From Pseudomonadales bacterium (GTDB lineage: Bacteria; Pseudomonadota; Gammaproteobacteria; Pseudomonadales; Dasaniaceae), in NCBI GenBank assembly GCA_036443315.1, contig JAZFYA010000072.1:1-46523 (forward strand): a stretch of 46,523 nt of DNA, read 5' to 3'. Below the pieces are notes generated by a model. That model made no database searches and was not told the DNA's origin. It was given only the letters and a program-made list of their open reading frames with translations. Both the position numbers and the translations under genes were made by a program. Below are positions 35,939 through 45,170 of this stretch, one piece after another; within the stretch, counting starts at the first letter, position 1, and each line of letters opens with the position of its first letter.

Positions 35939-37324
35939 ATGATATTTCGAATGGCGCTTTTGCTAGCGCTTTTGGCCGTCTCTCAGTTGGTCTATAGCTC
36001 CGACAATAGATCAACATTCAAGCTCTACGGGCTGTCTACCTATACTGAATTGGGCAAAGAAATTTTTCTTGGTGGTGTCTATATCCCCCGCGCTGAATTC
36101 CAAGCCCAACACCAAGACAGCGCCATTATCGAGCACATCAATCGAATCGAATATAGAATTGTTGCCGATAGCTTTTCGAAAAGGAGGCTGTTAACCCATA
36201 TTTGGCAATGGGCCTTCTATGCCAATAAAGACTTTGCCTCAACCGAGGCCTCCGACCAATTAGCCATCCTGGATGTTAAAATCAAAACAGCGCTTTATCG
36301 CGGCGATAGACTAGTTGTTCAGAAAATGCCGGGGGGGAGTACTCAAGTATCGCTCAATACTCACGTAATACTGGAAACCCGCACTGATCAACTATTTGAA
36401 TATATTTTCAAGAGCTGGTTAGGTCCCGTGGTGCCCAATCGCCTGTTCAAAAGTAAATTGTTGGAGGGTGTCCAATACACCAGTAATTCCACCGCTGAAC
36501 GCTATCATCATTTACACACTAATCCCGATCGACTTCGGGAAGTGGAGTCCTGGAATCCACCCAATGCTAAGCTAGCGGCCAATGAGAAACGCGTCACAGT
36601 AGCGAAAGCTAGTCCTGCTGTAAATTCTGGAGCTACAAAAACAGCCCGTGTCACTGCTGAAAACAAACGAACGCCCGCCACCAGAAAGCAAAGTATCAGC
36701 ACAGTCAAAAGCGATTTAAAACCTACAATGAAGACTGCGGGCCTGGAACCGGTGATAGCCAAAAATCTTGGGCACTCCGTTTCAGCTACATCTGCCCCCA
36801 TTGCTGCCGCCCCTGCGCCTATCAAGAAAACGATAATCAATACTGCGATGATTGAGACCTCAGCGACTGCCGGAGATAAACAATTATCTCGTCCCAATAT
36901 CGATGATAAGCAACCCAATACCAATGAGCTCAATACGGTTTCACTGCCCAACGATACCGATACCGATACCGATTTTAACCCCAAACTTCAACTCACCCCG
37001 GAAGTCGAGCGCCTATGGAAGGACTACAACACACAGATTGCTCGAAACTTGTATCGCAATATCAAGTATCCTCGCAAAGCTTACCGACGCCGTATTGAAG
37101 GCAAACTGGTGATGAATATTGTTCTTGATAACAAGGGCGAGCTTATCCAAATTGAGTTTATAAAAAAGTCGGGGTCAAAACTATTGGATCGGGCGGCGGT
37201 GATTGCGATCCAAACCTCAGGCCCATGGCCAGCTCCCCCTCAGAACCTGTCACAGCTCTATGATAATGAGGAGAATCACTACGATATCCAAGTGCCGATT
37301 ACGTTTAAGTTGACAAAATCCTAA
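35939..37324 (+). CDS. TonB family protein (N-terminal chalcone-isomerase-like domain, Ala/Thr/Pro linker, TonB C-terminal domain)
   Basis: Signal peptide; LYRGDRL...IFKSWLGPVVP; YPRKAYRRRIEGK...SGSKLLDRAA...VPITFKL. Confidence 0.85.
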   Translation: MIFRMALLLALLAVSQLVYSSDNRSTFKLYGLSTYTELGKEIFLGGVYIPRAEFQAQHQDSAIIEHINRIEYRIVADSFSKRRLLTHIWQWAFYANKDFASTEASDQLAILDVKIKTALYRGDRLVVQKMPGGSTQVSLNTHVILETRTDQLFEYIFKSWLGPVVPNRLFKSKLLEGVQYTSNSTAERYHHLHTNPDRLREVESWNPPNAKLAANEKRVTVAKASPAVNSGATKTARVTAENKRTPATRKQSISTVKSDLKPTMKTAGLEPVIAKNLGHSVSATSAPIAAAPAPIKKTIINTAMIETSATAGDKQLSRPNIDDKQPNTNELNTVSLPNDTDTDTDFNPKLQLTPEVERLWKDYNTQIARNLYRNIKYPRKAYRRRIEGKLVMNIVLDNKGELIQIEFIKKSGSKLLDRAAVIAIQTSGPWPAPPQNLSQLYDNEENHYDIQVPITFKLTKS

Positions 37325-37365
37325 GGAAAAAGGGAGCGCCCATTATCCTTTGTATTTAGGGTTCG

Positions 37366-37440
37366 TTACAGTTCCACCTCATGGTAAACGTTTTGCACGT
37401 CATCCAAGTCATTCAGCATGTTCAGGAAGGTATCCAATAA
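37366..37440 (-). pseudogene. 3' fragment of a YebC/PmpR-family gene
   Basis: LLDTFLNMLNDLDDVQNVYHEVEL* carries the DDVQNVYH YebC C-terminal signature. Confidence 0.75.
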
Positions 37441-37545
37441 GGACAGACCACGGTTATTTCTCACCTTACTTTTAAAATGGGCCTTCCAAGCTTACCTGGA
37501 GAACCCCGCCTATTTAAATTCTTCTCAATCTCTTGCTTGAACTTA
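37441..37545 (-). mobile_element. 3' fragment of a REP-associated tyrosine transposase-like gene plus flanking AACCGTGGTCTGTCC motif
   Basis: KFKQEIEKNLNRRGSPGKLGRP...*; the downstream motif is one I recall next to such transposases. Confidence 0.5.
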
Positions 37546-37559
37546 ACGATTTAATAAAT

Positions 37560-37600
37560 CTGAAGATCGATAGCGCAGTAGAGTGTCATGACAGCCTCCT
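37560..37600 (-). mobile_element. 5' stub of an IS110-family transposase with its RBS
   Basis: AGGAGG-ctgtc-ATG then MTLYCAIDL, the first RuvC strand motif (x-Y-C-[GA]-IDL) of IS110 transposases. Confidence 0.5.
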
Positions 37601-37738
37601 TTAGTTGCTGTTGGTTTTTGTCGACATACAGTTTACTCCTCTAGTTGGATGGGGCTACTGTAGCGAAGCGAATAGCACAATTCAAACGCTGTGGAGGTAT
37701 GTCCGAGTTGCACGATTTGTTAAACCTTATAGGGTTGC

Positions 37739-37980
37739 CTATCGATTAAGCACTTCTGACGCCCATTGATCAATACTCTTTCCGCTAAGCTCTGCCGCAG
37801 TGGCAACTGCTGCATGTATTTCTGATGGCATACAAAGCATTAATTTTCCAGAATACGGTTTCCGGGGTGATTCACTCACCTGACCACAGGTATCGAGGTA
37901 GTGTCAACCGCTTCTTCAAACGCCGCCTTGAGTTCAGCAACAGTTTCAGCATGGAAACCCACGATGTCTTTGATTCCTTT
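37739..37980 (-). pseudogene. hicB: HicB-family antitoxin remnant
   Basis: GIKDIVGFHAETVAELKAAFEEAVD / YLDTC...PRKPYSGKLML.MPSEIHAAVATAAELSGKSIDQWA; 5' truncated and frameshifted. Confidence 0.8.
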
Positions 37981-38026
37981 CTAGGGCGAGGTCTGTGAAA
38001 AGAAGCAATCACTCCTTATTAATTGG

Positions 38027-38172
38027 ACTCTATACAGCTAGATTAATTGAGCTTTCTGATGCGCCATTGGCGCATCGATCACTATTGAATATTTATCCAT
38101 CTTCCATTATAACTATCTTGTACTTTTGTGATTTTAACGTCTTCAAGAATTTACGCGAAGATTAATCACATG
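38027..38172 (+). repeat. Direct repeat A, copy 2 (palindrome at 38060-38074)
   Basis: Near-identical to 35480..35625. Confidence 0.92.
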
Positions 38173-38273
38173 ACATAAAGGCAAAGCGATTTTTACGTTG
38201 AGCTGATATGTCTCCACTGTATCAAGTTGATTATTACAACGTGGTATTTTGGAAACTTACAAATGAACAATTG

Positions 38274-38368
38274 GTTTTTACTACTTGTTTCTTTGTTTGA
38301 TGTTTATTAGTGCTTTATTACGTGTAACAGAGTATTTTGGTTTATTTGGTAAATTGTTACGATCTCTA
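38274..38368 (+). repeat. Direct repeat B, copy 2
   Basis: Near-identical to 35819..35913. Confidence 0.9.
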
Positions 38369-38610
38369 CGATTGGACCAATTATCACTTGCCGCTCTTGA
38401 TTAGCAACAAGCGACTCAAGTCTAGGTATTTGATAAATTGTTTCGATCTCTTGATTGACAACAATTACCACTTCATAGACTGAGTACCCTGTTTAGCTTC
38501 ATCACACTGAACTTGCATCGTTATAACATTGACAGGAAACAACTCCACCGGAGAAGCAATTCTCCGAACGGAGATGGCTTTTTCCCGGTTTCAACATAGA
38601 GGAAAAAGTT

Positions 38611-38766
38611 ATGTACAAAATTAAACTGCGTTGGATTCTGTTGGTAATTGTTTTAGCCCTGGGTAGTCTACAGTGGCTTAATGAGATAACAATTGCCGAT
38701 CTTGAAGCAAGAGGTGCCTTTTTGGACTCTTGCGCGCGACTTGAGCTTAGCGGCGAAAGTTGTTAA
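38611..38766 (+). CDS. 51-aa single-pass membrane peptide (below ORF-track cutoff)
   Basis: GAGG RBS; MYKIKLRWILLVIVLALGSLQWLNEITIADLEARGAFLDSCARLELSGESC*. Confidence 0.6.
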   Translation: MYKIKLRWILLVIVLALGSLQWLNEITIADLEARGAFLDSCARLELSGESC

Positions 38767-38870
38767 CCCACCAGTGCCCCTCGTTCATTTGAATCAGAGG
38801 CACATCAATGTGTCGTCTATGACGGTATATTGATGTGTCTCTGGTAAAAACAAAAAATTTGCTAACTTAT

Positions 38871-38901
38871 CGGGGCCACAAGATGTGCGCCCCGTTTTTT
38901 T
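38871..38901 (+). terminator. Intrinsic terminator
   Basis: CGGGGCCAC-AAGAT-GTGCGCCCCG followed by T7. Confidence 0.7.
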
Positions 38902-38903
38902 GG

Positions 38904-38958
38904 TGCGCCATTGGCGCATACTCCGCTATTGCGTTTAAGCAATACTCTCAACTATATT
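38904..38958 (+). promoter_or_regulatory. Palindrome plus TTGCGT-18-TATATT promoter upstream of the primase gene
   Basis: TGCGCCATTGGCGCA at 38904-38918, 10 bp before the -35. Confidence 0.6.
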
Positions 38959-39147
38959 TGACAATGTATTAATAGGTTTTCGATTTACGTAAATTTATAC
39001 GTCGAGAAAAAACCATTAAGACCGGCCAGCGTTATTATTCAACCTGGCTGTGCTCTTTAACAACGCAAACAATCGAAACAACCCACTTGGGAAAAGTTAT
39101 GTCCCTCGTGGATGTGGCTATTTCCTTTTTTTACGAGGAGAATGCTC

Positions 39148-40593
39148 ATGTCTATCGACAGGAACATATCAATGAGGGCGCTTATGGAAAAGGTTCTTAC
39201 CGGACCCGGCGCCATTAGCATCCTAACCACCATTACTGGTGATTTTTATAAGGATGCACTGAACCATTTAGGTACTCACGTTACCTGCCCGTTTGCATAT
39301 AAGCATCGTAATGGTGAAGGCTTAAACGACTTTCGGTTACACCGGGAGTTTAACTATGGTTCGCCAAAGGATGGTGGAGGTAGAGGAATATGCAGTTGTT
39401 GCGACGGGATTAACAACCCAAGCAACAGAGGTATCGACCTTTACAAGATGTTGATCTGGTCTGGTTTTGCCAGAGACTACAAGGAGGCACGCCGTTTGGT
39501 CCTTAAAGCCTACCAAGGCACTCAAGGAAACCAGACGGTAAAAGCAGCCAACTCCGGCGCCGTAGTTGCTCAGCAACCTATGCGGGATCGGAATCAACCT
39601 GATGCTATTGAACGTCGGGCAAGAAAATTGGCGGAAATATGGAATGAGAGTTTTTCACTTCTCGATCCTAGAGCTAAGCCTGCTAGAAAGTACTTTAAAA
39701 ATCGAGGTATTCCGTTTGATAAGTACTGCTTTTCGCCCATTATTCGTTTTCATCCTGGCCTGGAGTATTGGGTTTTTGAAAACAAAAAATGGGTTATGAA
39801 AGGCATCTATCCTGCCATTGTTAGTGAAGTGATTCGACCCGATGGAACCTTGTGTACTTTACACAAAATTCACATCACTGTGGACGGTTACAAAGCTATC
39901 ATTCAAGGTCGCGATATTAAGAAGGTTATGCCTCCTAAAATCGCAAACTCCCTAAACGGCTCAGCCGTTCGCCTTCACACTGTGAGGGGGTGTCGCACAT
40001 TGCATGTGACAGAAGGAGTTGAGAAGGCCCACGCAGTTCATCTTCTAACCAGACAAACAGTCTGGGCAGCAGATGCTTGTGGTCGGATGGCTCAGTTGGA
40101 TATTCCTAAAGGAATGTTCGACGAGCTGGTAATTTGGTCTGACAACAACTTAGCACGTCCCCAAGAAGTCGTTGGGGTAGGGCAGGTCTGTGCTTACAAC
40201 CTGGCAAAGCGTTATCAAGGTAAATTTTCTGAAGGCGTCAGCATAATGCTGCCTAAGGCAAATGCCGAGACGAACAAAGGTGCGATCCCTGATTGGGAGA
40301 ACATCATTGTTGAATCAACTATTCTCCGTGCACCTTTACGGGTACAGCGCGAGGGGTTGAAGGTTTACGCTGAAAACCCCAAGCTGGTTTTCGAAATGCT
40401 GAAGAATCTCATCGATCCTTCAGAGCCTGCCACTGATGTACCAGCTCAACCGGCACATCAGGAAGCTTCAGCGTTAGCTGAGCCTCAGGCAGCACACAGT
40501 CTGGAAGTACCCGCAGCGTATGTGGTTTACCAGGCCGGGTGCAGCGCGGTCGATGCCAGTGATTTTTACACTAGCTATCAAGCCGCTGGCTAA
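39148..40593 (+). CDS. Zinc-finger/toprim primase-like protein of conjugative elements
   Basis: HVTCP...DFR...GICSCC Zn finger; YFKNRGI, RFHPGLEY, YPAIV; toprim VTEGVEKA and IWSDN. Confidence 0.85.
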   Translation: MSIDRNISMRALMEKVLTGPGAISILTTITGDFYKDALNHLGTHVTCPFAYKHRNGEGLNDFRLHREFNYGSPKDGGGRGICSCCDGINNPSNRGIDLYKMLIWSGFARDYKEARRLVLKAYQGTQGNQTVKAANSGAVVAQQPMRDRNQPDAIERRARKLAEIWNESFSLLDPRAKPARKYFKNRGIPFDKYCFSPIIRFHPGLEYWVFENKKWVMKGIYPAIVSEVIRPDGTLCTLHKIHITVDGYKAIIQGRDIKKVMPPKIANSLNGSAVRLHTVRGCRTLHVTEGVEKAHAVHLLTRQTVWAADACGRMAQLDIPKGMFDELVIWSDNNLARPQEVVGVGQVCAYNLAKRYQGKFSEGVSIMLPKANAETNKGAIPDWENIIVESTILRAPLRVQREGLKVYAENPKLVFEMLKNLIDPSEPATDVPAQPAHQEASALAEPQAAHSLEVPAAYVVYQAGCSAVDASDFYTSYQAAG

Positions 40594-40621
40594 CAGACTC
40601 GTTTCGATTGTATGCATTAAG

Positions 40622-40653
40622 TCCCTAGCCGCTTTGCGGCCGGGGATTTTTTT
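40622..40653 (+). terminator. Intrinsic terminator after the primase gene
   Basis: TCCCTAGCCGC-TTT-GCGGCCGGGGA followed by T7. Confidence 0.7.
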
Positions 40654-40808
40654 ATTTGGTTGTTACCAATTGCGAAGCCGGTATGGCCGCTTAGATGTGA
40701 ATTGACGCAGATAATTATTAGGGATTTCTTATGCATCGACCGGTTTAAAGTACAGCAAGACTTCCCGCCTTTTCGTACCCATACCCCGATCCTACCATCA
40801 GATTCTGA

Positions 40809-40861
40809 TGTGCCATTGGCGCATACACAAACTTGTAATTTTCAGTTACTTTATCGATACT
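40809..40861 (+). promoter_or_regulatory. Palindrome variant plus TTGTAA-17-GATACT promoter
   Basis: TGTGCCATTGGCGCA at 40809-40823, 9 bp before the -35. Confidence 0.55.
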
Positions 40862-41307
40862 TAAACGGCACTACTGTATCTATATCTTTTTGATATCGAT
40901 ACAACCACGTTCTACGGCGCATATTTTTAATGTAACGTTGCGTGGTGCCAGCTGATTATTCATATTTTTAATGGATGGTTGTCTGGTGTTACAAGTCGGA
41001 AGCAGATTTAGAGTGAGCATATAGTTTTCCCTATAGGGTAGAGAACTTATCTAGGCAACAGCTCACTCATGATTGATTGAATGCATTCACTGCACTTGAG
41101 TTTTAGATACCTCTCGCAGCGCATCCATTAATCGGTACCGATTGGTACATTCACCCAGTCATCACCTAGCAATGCTCTCCTTATCAGCTACATGGCTTGA
41201 TAACGCATTACTCTGTGTACGACAAAATTTCACCTGTTAGGGGATACCTTTATCTCCTAGCGGGGTAGGCATCCCCTTTTTTATTAATTATTGTGGGGGA
41301 TACCTCG

Positions 41308-41769
41308 ATGAATTATTCTGAAATATTGACTCGTCGTGCTTACCGTTTGGTTAAAGCACGCAATGAAGCGCGACCAGAACACACGCTATCTGCCCACATG
41401 CAAGTGGTCATCGCCTACGGTGATGCCATAGCAGAGGCCGGTGCGGATATTCTGACGTGCAACATAACCCGTTTGTCTGCTTCTGACGATCATCAGGGCG
41501 CCAATATTACGTGGCTTCCTAACTCTCAAATTATCACGTTCTTTATCTGCTCTGCCTTGCCGTTACCTGGTGGGCGTGTGGAATATACGTCGATGATTCG
41601 AAGACGAGTGCATCCCACTCGTGAACGTCAAAAGCTAATTGATGAGACGCAGGCCTATCTGGAGCGTGGTGTTGCAAAACGCCAAGCACCGGACGGATTG
41701 TTGAATGAACTTAACACTGCTTCGGCGGTAGTAGGGGATTCACATCAACAAATGGTTATACGTTTTTAA
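41308..41769 (+). CDS. Hypothetical protein
   Basis: GGGGA RBS; first gene of the co-oriented right-hand block. Confidence 0.7.
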   Translation: MNYSEILTRRAYRLVKARNEARPEHTLSAHMQVVIAYGDAIAEAGADILTCNITRLSASDDHQGANITWLPNSQIITFFICSALPLPGGRVEYTSMIRRRVHPTRERQKLIDETQAYLERGVAKRQAPDGLLNELNTASAVVGDSHQQMVIRF

Positions 41770-41858
41770 ACGCCACGGGGTGGCAGATAACAATCCATCC
41801 CGTTCTCGGAGGGGTGGTTTTTATAAATTACGTCCACCGAGAGGGCGGAGGGTTTGCC

Positions 41859-43838
41859 ATGCGCAACCTAAATGTTGAATCAGCCTTTACGATGTTTGGA
41901 AACAAAATCCAGAGTCTCTTTGAGTCATCTTGGATTGCGTTTCTACGCGTCCTGGCGGCCACCAATGGATTAAAGGTGGTTTGGGGAGGCAATCCAAGGA
42001 CTGATGGGAATACCATCTGGCTTCCACGACTGCCAATCAACCTAACCTTAGACAACCTTTGGTTGTTGAAGGCACATGGTTATCACGAAGTGGCCCATTG
42101 TCTGTTTTCGGACATGTTGTATTGGGTGGCATTTTCTGTGAAGAGCAGTCCCCTTGAACGAGGACTGGCCAAGACGATTGAAGATCCATTTATTGAAAAA
42201 TATATGATTCGGAAATCCCAGGCCAGTGAAAGGTATTTGCGAGCCAGACCAGTGCTTCTTATGAAGCAAGGCCGAGCCGCAACCGGTGATAAAGACATGC
42301 AATCGGCTTTAGAAGCGTATGTCTTAAATTACCTACAACGTCAAAAGGGGTGGGAGGAATACCAACCGTCCCTTGACGCCACGCGTGAAAATTTTTGCAC
42401 TCATTTCGGACAAGGTGCTTTGGAGCTACTAGCCAAAGTAAAAGCCCTGCTCGATGCAGAATTCCCACGAATCAACCACACCAGAGGTTCCTGTGCGTTA
42501 GCCAAGAAAATCGTTGAGCTGCTTAAACAAGAGCAAGACGACGCTGAGACAGAGGAGCAAAAGAAAGAGGAGAAGGACAGTAGTTCTGATCTTGATGATA
42601 CCAAATCTGATTCAAATTCTTCAGAGTCTTCGGGCAAAGAAGAGGACGATGACGATAGCGGCACATCATCTGATGGTGAGAAAGCCAATGGCGATGGTGA
42701 CCCTGACTCGAAAGGGGAGGGGGGTAATCCGTCGAATGACCTGGACTCGAAAGAGAAAGGAGATGAATCATCTGGCGGTCAAGGTGGAGGCGATGCGAAA
42801 GCGGAGTCTACTGGAGGTTCCACGAGTGGCGATGAAAAAAATGAAGGTAATAGCAAGGCTGAAAATCTCAACCAGCTTGTCAACAGTAATGTTGACTCGT
42901 CTACGGATGTGGATGATACCGCCAAAGCGCTTAAAGCGCTTTCAAAGGAAGCTGAAGAGAGAGGTGAGGAGATGATGCCTGATATTGAACTTGATTACAC
43001 TCTGCCTTCGGGTGGTGGATCAAGGGATGCTGATGGTGGTCTCGGCGCTGGTAGTTATGCGTACGACAACGGATTGGTTATGTTGCCCAGTGATCCAAAA
43101 GGCTTTCGAGCCATCTTGGATTCAGTATCAGCTGATACGGGGCGCATGGTACAGAGGCTTAGGCGTTTGTTATCCAACCGCGTGCGCAAACTTGGCCGTG
43201 TGACTGACAATGGAAACATTTCAGGAAAGCTGCTTTACCGTTTACCACAAGACAATGTCAAAGTATTTCGTCGCAAGCAGACAGTCGTCAAACCAACGGC
43301 TGCTGTTTCGCTATTATGCGATTTATCAGGCTCTACCCAACATGATCTTATTGCTGAAAGTATCCAGCAATCGGCGGTAATGTTATCTGTCGCCATGGAT
43401 CGTATCGGTAACCCGATGGAAGTGCTTGGCTTTGCTCCCTGTGGAAGTAAAAGTAATAAATTGCTGGTCTGCATCAAGTCGTTCTCCGAAAGCTTGGCTT
43501 TAGGTAAGAATAGATTTGGCAGTATGCCAGCGTGGACCGGTGGGGATTCAACGCTTTTAACAGAAGCTTTGTTAGAGGCGGGTATGCGCATTAGTCAATG
43601 TAAGGAAAAGCGCAAGCTACTCTTTGCGATTACTGATGGCAGACCAAACAGTGAAAGTACAGCAACTGATATGATCCAGCAGCTTGAAGCTGCTGGCATC
43701 ATAGTTGTTGTACTGGTAGTTGGTCAACGTCCCCCAACCAAATGGTTGGAGGATGCCGGCTGTTGTTACGTCAGTGTCACCGACATAACAGCATTAACAG
43801 AATCCCTCCTTAGCACCTTAACCGACAAACTTATGTAA
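41859..43838 (+). CDS. CobT-like protein: HExxH motif, acidic linker, C-terminal VWA domain
   Basis: PRTDGNTIWLP, HEVAH, IEDPFIE, DLSGST MIDAS, ITDGRP. Confidence 0.88.
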   Translation: MRNLNVESAFTMFGNKIQSLFESSWIAFLRVLAATNGLKVVWGGNPRTDGNTIWLPRLPINLTLDNLWLLKAHGYHEVAHCLFSDMLYWVAFSVKSSPLERGLAKTIEDPFIEKYMIRKSQASERYLRARPVLLMKQGRAATGDKDMQSALEAYVLNYLQRQKGWEEYQPSLDATRENFCTHFGQGALELLAKVKALLDAEFPRINHTRGSCALAKKIVELLKQEQDDAETEEQKKEEKDSSSDLDDTKSDSNSSESSGKEEDDDDSGTSSDGEKANGDGDPDSKGEGGNPSNDLDSKEKGDESSGGQGGGDAKAESTGGSTSGDEKNEGNSKAENLNQLVNSNVDSSTDVDDTAKALKALSKEAEERGEEMMPDIELDYTLPSGGGSRDADGGLGAGSYAYDNGLVMLPSDPKGFRAILDSVSADTGRMVQRLRRLLSNRVRKLGRVTDNGNISGKLLYRLPQDNVKVFRRKQTVVKPTAAVSLLCDLSGSTQHDLIAESIQQSAVMLSVAMDRIGNPMEVLGFAPCGSKSNKLLVCIKSFSESLALGKNRFGSMPAWTGGDSTLLTEALLEAGMRISQCKEKRKLLFAITDGRPNSESTATDMIQQLEAAGIIVVVLVVGQRPPTKWLEDAGCCYVSVTDITALTESLLSTLTDKLM

Positions 43839-43952
43839 GTCGGTTTCTAAATCTTTTTCTGCCCGTATTCGGCAGGTGATCTTAACCACCTGCCATTCGG
43901 TAGGTGTTTTCTTTTAAACACTATTTCCGCAGAAATGCGGGGGAGAAATACA

Positions 43953-45050
43953 ATGCAAAGTTCAATGGTAGACACTAAAGCCGTCAAAGAAGCCGTAAAG
44001 GTAACTGAGATGGAGCCAGTAGGGATTAATGTTCAAGAGCTTTTTAAGCTTGATGAACCTTTACCCTATGTCCCTGCAACAATGATGATCAATAAAAATC
44101 GTAGCCCGCTGTGTGAGGATATTGTCGATTACGACTTTAACCCCGTGCGTCGTCAGCTGCAAGCCGCATTATTGGGAACCAATCGCGATGCAAAAATTCT
44201 TTGCATCGGTGATAAGGGAACAGGTAAAACAACCTTCATTGAGCAATTGCTCACTCGCCTTAATCGCCCCTCCGTTACCGTTAACTGCGGAGAGGGTGTG
44301 ACAGAAGAGTATTTGCTTGGCCGTCCAACGGTTAAAGCCGGTGAGGTATGTTCTGCCGATGGCATCTTGAGTGCTGGCGCCCGCTGGGGGATTAATATAG
44401 TCCTTGACGAAGTGGGATCACTATTGCCGGAAGTTCAAATTTCCATGAATGATTTCTATGGAAAGCAAAAAAGGATCGTACTGAAGCATTACGGGCTTGA
44501 CCCAACAGTTCATCCTGAAGTTGCATTTATGCAAGAAGGTAGCAATGTTATTCCACGCCATCGATCGTTCCGTTTGTGGGCGACAGATAACCTGGGAGGC
44601 AAGCAAGGTATGGCAGGAGCAAACGGTTATCTCGGCACCAATGAGATTAACCAAGCAACACGCTCTCGATTGATGTACTTGCATTTTAACTTCATGGCTC
44701 CCGACCAGGAGCTGGCAGTACTGAAGTCAAAACAAATGCTACCTAATGGACACGCTCTAGCAATCAATGAGTTTGTCTTAAAGCAAATGATTCACTTTGC
44801 CAACTTGTTTCGTGGTCATCAAGTAAGCGGTGATACGGACGACACCATCTCCATGCGTGAGCTGGAGCGGTGGGTTGGTAATTGTGAAGTGTACCGGGGT
44901 AATATCGATGAAGCATTTGTCGATGCGATCTACACAGCGTTGAATCCTCGTGATCAAGCTACAGCTCTCAATTGTTTTGAAGAAGCGATTGGGCGTGAGT
45001 TGGTACTGACTGAAGAGCACAAGTGGGCTCAGAAGTTCATGCAAGCGTAA
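43953..45050 (+). CDS. CobS/CbbQ/MoxR-like AAA+ ATPase
   Basis: GDKGTGKT Walker A, VLDE Walker B, FRLWATDN, NQATRSR, ISMRELERW. Confidence 0.9.
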   Translation: MQSSMVDTKAVKEAVKVTEMEPVGINVQELFKLDEPLPYVPATMMINKNRSPLCEDIVDYDFNPVRRQLQAALLGTNRDAKILCIGDKGTGKTTFIEQLLTRLNRPSVTVNCGEGVTEEYLLGRPTVKAGEVCSADGILSAGARWGINIVLDEVGSLLPEVQISMNDFYGKQKRIVLKHYGLDPTVHPEVAFMQEGSNVIPRHRSFRLWATDNLGGKQGMAGANGYLGTNEINQATRSRLMYLHFNFMAPDQELAVLKSKQMLPNGHALAINEFVLKQMIHFANLFRGHQVSGDTDDTISMRELERWVGNCEVYRGNIDEAFVDAIYTALNPRDQATALNCFEEAIGRELVLTEEHKWAQKFMQA

Positions 45051-45170
45051 ACGGCAACACCTCAACCTCCTCCCCTCTTATTGGGGAGTCCGGGAGATTA
45101 TTAACTCCCGGCTGCAGCGGGAGTTCTTTCTTAAGAATTTCACTTGCTGCAGCGAGTGAGGGATATAATT

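Noticed and set aside
36953-36973. (GATACC)n tandem repeat as a phase-variation switch
   Set aside because: Hexamer unit keeps the frame and lies in a flexible linker (DTDTDTD)
41859-45050. Cobalamin biosynthesis genes cobT/cobS
   Set aside because: No cobN or other cob genes; context matches mobile-element VWA/AAA modules
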